Source: Haplodiscus bocki (Eukaryota). Taken from it: 64,000 nucleotides of DNA. The position numbers and the translations under genes are program-made. This document shows positions 1 through 10,900 of the stretch, piece by piece. Below the pieces are notes generated by a model. That model was not told the origin of the DNA. It did not search any database and worked only from the letters and a program-made list of their open reading frames with translations. Numbering within the stretch: the first letter of the stretch is position 1; each line of letters begins with the position of its first letter. Location of the stretch: NCBI GenBank assembly GCA_965655095.1, contig OZ296649.1, positions 49,600,001-49,664,000 on the forward strand. Reading direction: 5' to 3'.

Positions 1-93
1 TCCTCGGAAATACATGAGACCCAAATAGAGCTGACCCTCAACGTATCCTTGATCGGCAGATAAGCGGAAATATTTGTTGGCTTCTTGGAAGTT
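1..93 (-). CDS. SEL1L: SEL1L coding exon, runs off the window start
   Basis: Manual translation NFQEANKYFRLSADQGYVEGQLYLGLMYFRG (a SEL1 repeat) after a TTTTCAG acceptor whose CAG is at 94-96. Not in the ORF track. Confidence 0.88.
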
Positions 94-513
94 CTGAAAA
101 GCAAAAAGAGTTTAAAATTTGAGCTTCCGCCAGCCGACTAGGTTGTCACGTTCACTTTTTGAGAATAAAAAGCCAAAAACGCCAAAGCTGGTGCCACCCA
201 TACTTTGGAAGTACTGGTCAAAAAACTTCAGAGTGAAAACTTCTGCTTTCAAATATTCAAAAATTTTGGCGAAAGCTTCACATATTGCCAAAAAATGTGC
301 AGGGCGTTTGATGAATTCATTTCGAAAGGATTGGAACAGAAACAAGGTCAACGGTTCAGCCGGTCAGTTACACGCACCGACTAAATGACTTCAATAGAAG
401 CTACACAGTACGAGGATCCATTGTGAAATATTTTGCTTCCCGATTCTTACGACTGGATCCTTTTATTACTGACTAAGAAATTCAAATCAGTTCACTCAAA
501 TCTCGATACGTAC

Positions 514-755
514 CTTTGTCAGACCAAATCCATTAAGATAAAGCTGCCCTAGACCTGCTTGACCCATAGCATTATTCTGGTCTGCGGCGTCTTTGAAGTA
601 CTTATACGCCAGATCATAGTTCTTTTTACTGTGACTATTGTCTTCCATGTACATGCGACCTAAATATGCCTGTGCGTTTGGGTTATTGCTCTTCTCAGCC
701 GCATGTTTGAAGTAGGCAACCGCTGTTGTATGATCTACGTTGACACCTCTGCCAC
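514..755 (-). CDS. SEL1L: SEL1L coding exon (SEL1 repeats)
   Basis: GGRGVNVDHTTAVAYFKHAAEK.NPNAQAYLGRMY...LAYKYFKDAADQNNAMGQAGLGQLYLNGFGLTK. TTATTAG acceptor and GTACGT donor, frame-compatible with both neighbours. Confidence 0.93.
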
Positions 756-1477
756 CTAATAAAAACATTTGAAGTCCTCTTAAAATTGTGGAAAACGTTT
801 TAGCCAAATGGTTAAAGGCAATGTGCTTTATTGATATGAACAAGTTCAGATTGTCGACGAGGCGAAGATTTTTTTATCTTAAAGAAATAAATTTCGTGCT
901 GAAAAATTGTAGCGCTACCTTTATAACGGTTTTGATAATTCGTAGTGTCATACCCGTTATGATCCAATTCGTAGTTCTAGAAAGTGATGCTGGCCACAGG
1001 CAAAATTTGATTTGACAGATTCGGCCGGATCTTGGAAAATAATAAGCAGAGCACAGCTCACAGTTCTTGCCTAAAATTTTCATGGAAAATGGGAAAGGGA
1101 AATCTCGAAAAAATTGCAGTCTTGAGTTCCTCTTGTTTGTTCCTGTGCCCCTCTTCCAAAAAAATGTAGAGAATAAACTTTTCGATTTCAGTTTACACCG
1201 ATTTTTAAGTCACAGTGACTAATTTTTTGGCGCTGTGAGACCAACTTTGAAAAATTGACTATACCATATTCTTGTCAGAAATGTCATAAATTTTCAAAAA
1301 ACAACGGACCCTCCCCCTATTGATATTTCATACCACATGAGCGACGCCGACTTGGCCCGTTCCCGGCTTGTTCCTCTAAGAAGCACCCACTAAAAATAGT
1401 GTCTAACAATGGGGCTTTTCTACAATGAAGTCCTATACTGAAAACTTCGATAAATTTGCATTATCAGTACAGTTTAC

Positions 1478-1720
1478 CTTGATAGTGCAGTTGACCCAAG
1501 CCAATCTGAGCCTTTGTGTCTCCTTTGTCAGCAATGAATTGGAAATATTGGATCAAATCTTGATCGAAAAGCGACGTGAAAAAATTGGGGTTCTCGAACT
1601 GATCTTGAAGTCGCACTCGCGTCACTATCGGGCTTCCTAGAGAAACATCCTCTGCAACTCGATCAGCTACCTTTCGATACCACACCAAAGCTCCTTCGCA
1701 ACTTTGCGGCACGCCGATTC
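1478..1720 (-). CDS. SEL1L: SEL1L coding exon
   Basis: GIGVPQSCEGALVWYRKVADRVA...RVRL...DLIQYFQFIADKGDTKAQIGLGQLHYQG matches the conserved SEL1L segment. TTTCAG acceptor and GTAAAC donor, both phase 1. Confidence 0.93.
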
Positions 1721-1956
1721 CTGAAATGAAAAGGCCCAGATATGATAACCATTTTCGTAATGAACCCGTGAATAATTGTGATCAGATATTTCCAGAAACT
1801 GTCAACTTCTGAAAGCAAATCAAAAGGTTTTTTAAAAAGTGAAACTCAATCTCCGTTACCTGATACTTTGAGCCTCTTGTAAACCTTAAATCAATTATGT
1901 GTTTCTCAAGAGCTTCGAATTTTGCACAAAAGAATGGAAATTTCAACTGCAAATAC

Positions 1957-2610
1957 CTTGCCAGTTTTTATACGCCAAGGCCATCATTGAAAGCGGATTC
2001 TCTCCAAGAGCTCCAAAAGTGTAATACACCAGAGATTTTGACAGAGATCTGTTGAAACCAACCAAACCCAAAGAATACAACAGCCCCATTCCACCTTGGG
2101 CACGCGGTTCTCCCACTGAAGATAAATTAACAAGCATTTCTTTGGCATACTCCAAATTTTGTTTGAAGTGAATCCCAAACAAATGTGCCATTGCTACAAT
2201 GCCTCCCGCTTCAGTGTGATTCCATTTCCACGCTTCTTGAAACAAGGCATATGCTCTTCGAATTGACTTTTTATCTTCGTGTCTATTAACTAAGAAGACA
2301 CCTTCATTGAAAAGATTTTGGCCCTTGATTTTTTCATCGTTGACCCGATCGGTTTCGGCGTCTCCTGTAAGTCTAACAACATCTCTCTCAGGGGTAATTT
2401 CATACGTGCCGCCGGGGGTCCAAGTGTGTGGAAGGTCGTCGTGGGGATCTACGTTTTTAGGTATGCCCAACTCCTCTTTCAGCTTTTCTTCCGTTTCCCT
2501 TCGAACCGCTTGGAAGTTCACATCAACGAACGAACGCTCAAAATATTTCATTGCTTTGGGTTCCGACTCGTCTTCCGCCTCTTCCATCAACTCTTCAGCA
2601 ACTGTTTTGG
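1957..2610 (-). CDS. SEL1L: SEL1L/Hrd3-like ERAD adaptor, coding exon (acidic N-terminal region plus first SEL1 repeats)
   Basis: Translates ...AYALFQEAWKWNHTEA...GEPRAQGGMGLLYSLG...SKSLVYYTFGALGENPLSMMALAYKNWQG, typical of SEL1L. Acceptor TTTTTCAG just above 2610; GT donor at 1955-1956, phase 1, matching the next exon. Confidence 0.9.
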
Positions 2611-3036
2611 CTGAAAAACATCCAATGTTGCATTAATTGAATTTAATAAACTAACAGAACAATTTAATTTCTTCCAAGTTCGACAATAAACAGTACTTTG
2701 CAATTCATTTTCTCACCCAAACTATGAAAACATTAGTCAAGGCTTTAATAGCTATGAATATTGATACAACTCATTTTCCGAATAGTTTCTTTGAGGTTTC
2801 GGCTCAAGAGGGTACAGCTGCAGCATAGCAATGATCGGATTCTCCCTTATTGATTAAATGACGAACCAGAATGTTATTTCGCTCTTCATTCACATTCATT
2901 CGCTATTACTGAACAAAGGAAAGAAAAGGAAAGAATTCAGCTAAATATCAAATAAATTTACATACAAAAGTAACTAGTACAAAACACTATAGCAATTTTT
3001 TCACTTCACATGAAAGTTGAAACTGAAAACTTTCGA

Positions 3037-3202
3037 GCGGAAATTGCTCAGTTGGTACAGCATGCGGGAAACCCCAAAGGTCAGAGGTCCGAACCCCGAA
3101 CAGGGCACGTTTTGTCAGATCTCGGAAATATATTAGACGCCAGTGGATTGGGGAAATGTCTGAAGAAGCCTTTGATATACCACTTGCTTGCGCAACTGTA
3201 AC
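3037..3202 (+). mobile_element. tRNA-derived SINE, copy 1
   Basis: tRNA-like head GCGGAAATTGCTCAGTTGGTACAGC (A-box) ... GGTCCGAACCCC (degenerate B-box). The body GAAGCCTTTGATATACCACTTGCTTGC...TGTAA matches the copy at ~47870 (GAAGCCTATGATATTATAACACTTGCTTGC...TGTAA). Confidence 0.75.
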
Positions 3203-4699
3203 AGAGGCAAAATTAAGCTCCGCAAAACTAGCAACCCAAAGGTATCAAAATCTTTGACATTTCGCACAATGGAACTGAAAATCAGTTTTTGGAAATGATG
3301 TCATACGTCCCAAAGGTATCCTAAAGAGTTTTCGATGTATCTGCCGAAAAAATTCACAATGATGCATTGCATTCAAAAAGGCTGTTGAGAGAGACTCTAA
3401 CAAAAATTTGACAACCACTTAATGCTCACATTTGAGTACAAAGACTTTGACAAGTATAGTTTTCCATAAGGACGTTGTTGTATAATTTTCACCAGTTGTG
3501 AAGAGCATGCTTCAGGAATTCCCCGTAGTAGTATAGGCAAAGAGCTCTGATGCTCAACAGAAAATTCTAATTGCACTTTATCAGTGGCCTAATCCATTGT
3601 GTGTCAGATAATGGCTACACGATTAGGACACTTTCAAGAAAAATTGAACACCCAAGCAAAAACAAAAAAAAAGTACGAGAAACCGTGTAAAAACATTAAC
3701 CTGGTGGCTCAAAAGAAAATTCACCTTGTGAGGCTCAAAATACGCATTAGGTGGTCCTAATATGAGCGATAGTCTTTCCTTAGGGATAGAAGAAAAGCAA
3801 CAAACGAAAATACATTCGAGGAAAGAAGCAACCGAAAAATTGTCGAATTTCGGATAATGAGTACAGATATATCTTGTAATAAGCACCCCCATTTCATCCG
3901 AGAAAAATTGAATTTGTTGGGAAAAACTATTCATGAAACTAATAATTGTGACGGAGGTGCGAGCAGTGTTCATATGAAGTCGAAAACGTGAAGTTTTTTT
4001 TACCAAACATATGTCTTTATTGAGTGTTTTGGCCACAAAAAAACCAGCTAAAAGACCGATTTTTGAAATTTTGCTCTCCATATGGATTTCTACAGGCTGT
4101 AAAAGGAAGAATTGGATTGGACGCCAGAATATTGGCATAAAAATTCGCAGCCATAAACGAATTCATTTGAGAAGGGAAGCGAAGGGCGAAGGCAATCCCA
4201 CTACTAATCTTCTGGACAAGACATAAAAATCGGCGTCGATTGTAATAAACTGGCAGTTTGCCAGCTTGATGAGACAATCGCAATGAAAATTTCAAAAATT
4301 GTATGACTGAGAATAACCGTAAATTCCAAGTCATAGAAAGATGAAACCAATTTCCAAATTTATTGTCATAATAACTCAAAATCAGTATTGGATAGAGAAC
4401 CATATTGTCAAAAAAATGGCAGCTATGATATGTCCAAGCATCTACTCAGTGTAAACCAATAATACGAGACGGATTCACTCATGTCTTCTACATAAGCTAA
4501 CGAAAGACGTATCTACTTTTCAAAAGCTTCATTATGAGCAGAAGTTTGGAGTACTCTCTCCTTTTACTGTTCTCCGCAAATCTGAAAGGCCAAATGAACT
4601 AACGAAAATTCTTGAACATACTACTCAGCTGGCAAGAATCTTGGGAAAATTAATTGAAAAATTGGCTTAGTTCTGCAAATTTACAAACCGGCAATGCAA

Positions 4700-6031
4700 T
4701 GACACAATATCAATGGAAACAACAAGCAAATCCATTACGGCTTTCGTAACGCCTAAAACCGTTTCCTCGGCTAAAAATATGAAGACACCATGAAAAAACA
4801 CAAAAAATCGACAAAAATGGAGAGTTCATTGCATTCTGGCCGAAACATTCAACTGTCCATCAAGATGCTGACAGAAGACAAAATAGAAGGAGGCTTTGGT
4901 TTCCTTGTGTCGACTCAATGATATGCGCCGAAAAAATCGAACTTTTCTGAAAATGAAGACATCGCTATAAAAAACAAAATCCTAATACTGATCGAAACTT
5001 GAAAGAGTAACGCGCAACAATAGCTGAGTTGTCTCCAGAGAAAAACAAACTCGGAAAAAATACATCTGGTGAAGGAGTCAATCCATTTAGCAGCGAGTGC
5101 ACAAACAACTCTCATGCAAATGTAAATCACATGTAAATTGTAAATGCAATTTCTGAAGGCAAATAACAAACTGGCTTCGCTCGAAAACACGTTAATTGAA
5201 GAAAACCCAGAGCTACAAACCAAACAAAGCAACCACAAAAAACAGCAGCACATGAATGGAGGAGCTAAGAATTTTTTTTCAAAACTGAAAATACACCACA
5301 ATACTGTGAAGGAGGAACAAAAACAAAAGGCGAGTGGAGTGATATGAACTTTTCTTGAAAAAAGTTCGAAAGTCCAATGCACCTTTCTGGGATAGGTTAT
5401 GTTCACGTCAACCCAAGACAGCAGAAAACTGCACAAAAGCAACTCTGGACCATTGTTAATCCAGCCAACCGAATAGAGAATGAGAAAATAGGAAATCTCA
5501 AAAAGGTATAGTTGGTGTTAAACATCAATCTGAGGCCTCAACCTTGAGAAAGTCATGTCGAGATACGAAATGCCGCACAAAAGACAAAGCACAGCCTACC
5601 AAGTGAACCAACCAAATCTAAGATGCAAACCTGTAGTATCTAGGAAGCGTACAGTCAAGAAATTGCGCACCTGCAGTATAATCAAGACAGGTAAGTAGCG
5701 TAAAACTTCACCTCGAGGCCTCATTTTAATAGGCCAAATTGAAATCTCGCAAGGCGAATCTATAGTGGAGAAACTCGTTAAAAACCCAAACGGAAAAAAA
5801 AAGAATTGAAGATCGAAACAGCGTGGAAAAGTAGTTTAGGAAATAGTAGGGTAAATTTCCGGAACCAAAATTTTAAATTGGCATATAAACTGATATCATT
5901 TATCTAAGGCAAATGGCGATGCAAACTGTACAAATCATGAATGCTGGGAAAAGAATTAAAATGAACTAATCAATTGAAAAGAGGGTGTGGAAGACCGGAC
6001 ACTCTGGAGTCGGCAGCCCTTCGAGTACGTA
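4700..6031 (+). pseudogene. Decayed gag-like ORF with a degenerate CCHC zinc knuckle (retroelement remnant)
   Basis: Broken frames give AFVTPK..., ...IHLAASA...QFLKA (resembles a gag capsid C-terminus) and, at ~5985-6020, tgt-gg-aag-acc-gga-cac-tct-gga-gtc-ggc-agc-cct, i.e. C-G-K-T-G-H-S-G-V-G-(S for C)-P with one frameshift. Many stops. Confidence 0.4.
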
Positions 6032-6640
6032 CGGGATTTTAGTGGTCAGGACTGGGGACTGAAGGTATTCGATTTGAGCAAGTTCACTGAACAAAGTACT
6101 ACCAGACTGGAAGATCCGGAGACAGAATTTCATCGAGGACAGTGTGAGAAATCACTGTACAGCAATTAGAGGCATCAGTTTTGACCCTTACTACAGGAAG
6201 AAGCTCAAGAACTTGGTCTCGCTTCTTCAAGGTTGCCTCAGAAATGTCGAAAGCATCATCATCTGGCACGCCGTGGTAAGTCACACCCTATCGGACTTAC
6301 CGCGTCTCCAACAACAAACAATTCATTGTGTATGAATCGCGGAACATAATTATTACAATCCAGAACAAAATTCAAGACATAGTCAACGTATAAAGGATAC
6401 CCCTACCCGACATCAAACTACGGCTTCGAAAAATATGCATTCTAATTTTGAACCTTACAACAGGTCTGCTCCCAACAAAAGTACAAAAAAATGTTCAAAA
6501 GGATACAAATTTGTCACATTCACCGTCAGTTCACCCGGAAGGCAGCAGGCTTTTTCAAGTGGTGATCTAGAACAAGAGCCATTTGTTGGAGCCTGGTTAA
6601 GAAGAGCAGATCAAAAAAAAAGCAAACCCGCTCTAAAGAT
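6032..6640 (+). pseudogene. SGNH/GDSL hydrolase-like domain fragment (present in every unit; unit 1 coordinates)
   Basis: Consensus RYSI*ASSLDK (TGA probably from GGA, giving block-I-like GASSL), AIRGISF (block II Gly), IIIWHAVVSHSLS (block III position), and a later His-containing segment. Stops and frameshifts are shared across copies. Confidence 0.55.
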
Positions 6641-6899
6641 AGAGAAAGCGGCCAAAATTAAAAAGGTTAATCTTACTTCTGCTTTTCTATCACGTCTCTC
6701 CAAATGGTTACCTCAGCAACTGACAAAAATTTAGTAAGTTGGCTGAAGCTTATGTTTCGTGCTCCAAAAATTCAATTTTGTGTTCAAAACTTCCTCCGGA
6801 TAATGATAATAAAATAATTATATAGTATCTAAAATAAAAAAAATGATAATAACAATAATGTTGTCTCAAAAACATCAGACCAAGCATCTAAATTAATTA

Positions 6900-7990
6900 T
6901 ACTTAACAAACCTAGTCAATTATTAGAACAATAAACTCAGCAAAAACGCAAAAGCCGATTCGGAAAAATGTTGTGCTCGTGAATTTCTGAGGGAGGCACT
7001 CCTTCACACAATCTGGATGTAGAATAAATATTCATAGCAGGAATATATTCGTCGAAAGTCTGATCGCCGCAACAAATATTGTCTAAAAGTGTTTCATCTG
7101 CTTGTCGCACTCAGTTTCATACTTGCAGAGTTGCTCGTAAGACCAGGACGTGTTCCTAGTTACTGAACAATGTCAATTTTACGTACGAAGTGTCGGTGAC
7201 CCATACCAAAAAGTGATTGCAAATGTTATCACGGAAAGAACAAAAGCCCTGTAGGTGATTGGTAATTCTACAGGCATATAATCAATACGTTCAAGTCTGT
7301 TGATTTGCCTCACCAATTTTTTAGCCGTTACGCACATGTCTTTAATATTTGCGTTGAATCTCTATTTTTCATCAATGATAATTTCCAGTAGTATAATTTC
7401 AACGAATTCACTCAAAATGTTTCACGAAGAAATTAGAAACTTTTACGTTTGAAGTAAATCAGGAGCTCTTCTTAAGTATTAGAATTCAGCATCATGCCAT
7501 TTTGATGATCACACCATTCCAAGATATCATCAATCAAAAGTTGGTTATACCGTTTATACCAGCTTTTCCAGCAAGTAGCGATCGTGAGAGCAGACAAGAA
7601 AAACGAGATTTTATACAGTGTCTGGAGAGTGGCAGCATCATGATGTCGACGAAAGAATGCAAACGCGAAAACCCCCAGACATAGGGTTTTCTACGACGCC
7701 ATTTCAACAGAACGGAAACGCCAAGGCTGATGAACCTTTGTTCAAGTTCACTGAGAGCATGGTCGACTATCTGTGTCGGACGGATTATGTGGGTAAGAAG
7801 TTGGAGCAGGCCAATACAGTGTATCACCTAGTTTGTCTTTCAACTTATTACAAAATTTGAAAACTGTACGGTTGCACCACTCACCTTCAGATATCACTGG
7901 ATTGCAAAAACTATAATTCACTATAACTGGCGTGTATTCATGATGGCAGTCGTAAAATGGAGCATAAGTGACTGGGTCAATTTATCAACA
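6900..7990 (-). pseudogene. LINE (CR1/L2-like) ORF2 reverse transcriptase, 3' fragment (present in every unit; unit 1 coordinates)
   Basis: Minus-strand pieces VDHALSELEQRFISLGVSVLLKW, LTIA...IDDILEWCDHQNGMMLNSNT*EELLIYFKRK, and LLEIIIDEK*RFNANIKDMCVTAKKLVRQINRL...TYRAFVLSVITFAITFWYG follow the canonical order of non-LTR RT domains 3-7 and thumb. Confidence 0.8.
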
Positions 7991-10900
7991 CCGATGAGAA
8001 GCTGTGTTTCGCAACACTCGCGGAAACGCAATACAAGTAAGAAAAGTCATAATCTTTTATTCGCTGGATTCTTTATATAAATTTACTAATTCTCCACCGG
8101 CAATGGCACAGACAGTAGAGCATACAGGATTTTAGTGGTCGGGACTGGGGACTGAAGGCATTCGATTTGAGCAAGTTCACTGGACAAAGTACTACCAGAC
8201 TGGAAGATCCGGAGACAGAATTTCATCGAGGACAGTGTGAGAAATCACTGTACAGCAATTAGAGGCATCAGTTTTGACCCTTACTACAGGAAGAAGCTCA
8301 AGAACTTGGTCTCGCTTCTTCAAGGTTGCCTCAGAAAGGTCGAAAGCATCATCATCTGGCACGCCTTGGTAAGTCACCCGTTATCGGCCCACGTCTCCAA
8401 CAAACAATTCATTGTGTATGAATCGCGGAACATAATTATTCCATTCCAGAACAAAATTCAAGCCATAGTCAACGTATAAAGGATACCCCTACCCGACATC
8501 AAACTACGGCTTCGAAAAATATGCATTCTAATTTTGAACCTTACAAAAGATCTGCTCCCAACAAAAGTACGAAAAAATGTTCGAAAGGATACAAATTTGT
8601 CACATTCACCGTCCGTTCACCTGGAAGGCAGCAGGCTTTTTCAAGTGGTGATCTAGAACAAGAGCCATTTGTTGGAGCCTGGTTAAGAAGAGCACATCAA
8701 AAAAAAGCAAACCCGCTCTAAAGAAAATTAGAGAAAGCGGCCAAAATTAAAAAGGTTAATCTTACTTCTGCTTTTCTATCACGTCTCTCCAAATGGTTAC
8801 CTCGGCAACTGACAAAAATTTAGTAAGTTGGCTGAAGCTTATGTTTCGTGCTCCAACAATTCAATTTTATGTTCAAAATTTCCTCCGGATAATGATAATA
8901 AAATAATTAAATAGTATTTAAAGTAATAAATATGATAATAACAATAATGTTGTCTCAAAAACATCAGACCAAGCATTTAATTTAATTATACTTAACAAAC
9001 CTAGTCAATTATTAGAACAATAAACTCAGTAAAAACGCAAAAGCCGATTCGGAAAAATGTTGTGCTTGTGAATTTCTGAGGGAGGCACTCCTTCACGCAA
9101 TCTGGATGTAGAATAAAGATTCATAGCAGGAAAATATTCGTCGAAAGTCTGATTGCCGCAACAAATATTGGCCAAAAGTGTTTCATCTGCTTGTCGCACT
9201 CAGTTTCATACTTGCAGAGTAGCTCGTAAGACCAAGACGTGTTCCTAGTTACTGAACAATGTCAATTTTACGTACGAAGTGTCGGTGACCCATACCAAAC
9301 AGTGATTGCAAATGTTATCACGGAAAGAACAAGAGCCCTGTAGGTGATTGGTAATTCTACAGGCATATAATCATTACGTTCAAGTCTGTTGATTTGCCTC
9401 ACCAATTTTTCAGCCGTTACGCACATGTCTTTAATGTTTGCGTTGAATCTCTATTTTTCATCAATGATAATTTCCAGTAGTATAATTTCAACGAATTCAC
9501 TCAAAATGCTTCTCGAAGGTATTAGAAACTTTTACGTTTGAAGTAAATCAGGAGCTCTTCTTAAGTATTAGAATTCAGCATCATGCCATTTTGATGATCA
9601 CACCATTCCAAGATATCATCAATCAAAAGTTGGTTATACCGTTTATACCAGCTTTTCCAGCAAGTAGCGATCGTGAGAGCAGACAAGAAAAACGAGATTT
9701 TATACAGTGTCTGGAGAGTGGCAGCATCATGATGTCGACGAAAGAATGCAAACGCGAAAACCCCCAGACATAGGGTTTTCTACGACGCCATTTCAACAGA
9801 ACGGAAACGCCAAGGCTGATGAACCTTTGTTCAAGTTCACTGAGAGCATGGTCGACTATCTGTGTCGGACGGATTATGTGGGTAAGAAGTTGGAGCAGGC
9901 CAATACAGTGTATCACCTAGTTTGTCTTTCAACTTATTACAAAATTTGAAAACTGTACGGTTGCACCACTCACCTTCAGATATCACTGGATTGCAAAAAC
10001 TATAATTCACTATAACTGGCGTGTATTCATGATGGCAGTCGTAAAATGGAGCATAAGTGACTGGGTCAATTTATCAACACCGATGAGAAGCTGTGTTTCG
10101 CAACACTCGCGGAAACGCAATACAAGTAAGAAAAGTCATAATCTTTTATTCGCTGGATTCTTTATATAAATTTACTAATTCTCCACCGGCAATGGCACAG
10201 ACAGTAGAGCATACAGGATTTTAGTGGTCGGGACTGGGGACTGAAGGCATTCGATTTGAGCAAGTTCACTGGACAAAGTACTACCAGACTGGAAGATCCG
10301 GAGACAGAATTTCATCGAGGACAGTGCGAGAAATCACTGTACAGCAATTAGAGGCATCAGTTTTGACCCTTACTACAGGAAGAAGCTCAAGAACTTGGTC
10401 TCGCTTCTTCAAGGTTGCCTCAGAAATGTCGAAAGCATCATCATCTGGCACGCCGTGGTAAGTCACACCCTATCGGACTTACCACGTCTCCAACAACAAA
10501 CAATTCATTGTGTATGAATCGCGGAACATAATTATTACAATCCAGAACAAAATTCAAGGCATAGTCAACGTATAAAGGATACCCCTACCCGACATCAAAC
10601 TACGGCTTCGAAAAATATGCATTCTAATTTTGAACCTTACAACAGGTCTGCTCCCAACAAAAGTACAAGAAAATGTTCAAAAGGATACAAATTTGTCACA
10701 TTCACCGTCAGTTCACCCGGAAGGCAGCAGGCTTTTTCAAGTGGTGATCTAGAACAAGAGCCATTTGTTGGAGCCTGGTTAAGAAGAGCACATCAAAAAA
10801 AAGCAAACCCGCTCTAAGGAAAATTAGAGAAAGCGGCCAAAATTAAAAAGGTTAATCTTACTTCTGCCTTTCTATCACGTCTCTCCAAATGGTTACCTCG

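Noticed and set aside
112-1083. ORFs 112-351, 119-388, 788-1015 and 874-1083
   Set aside because: They lie in SEL1L introns, show no motifs, and the flanking exons splice in frame without them.
3037-3108. Functional tRNA gene
   Set aside because: No proper anticodon arm or acceptor pairing, a mutated B-box, and it continues into a body shared with another copy, so it is called a SINE.
3250-4450. Possible Gypsy pol remnant (KEELDWTPEY resembles the RT-RNaseH linker) and ORFs 3623-4138 and 4017-4403
   Set aside because: One weak motif and no catalytic signatures; the ORFs look like antisense frames of A-rich DNA.
4915-5442. 175-aa minus-strand ORF
   Set aside because: Phe/Cys/Leu-rich mirror of an A-rich plus strand, non-ATG start, no domain.
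6735-6756. AAGTTGGCTGAAGCTTATG in each unit resembles the SINE body AAGTTGGCAGAAGCCTATG at ~47860
   Set aside because: The match is only ~19 nt with two mismatches and the flanks align poorly; it cannot be separated from chance by eye.
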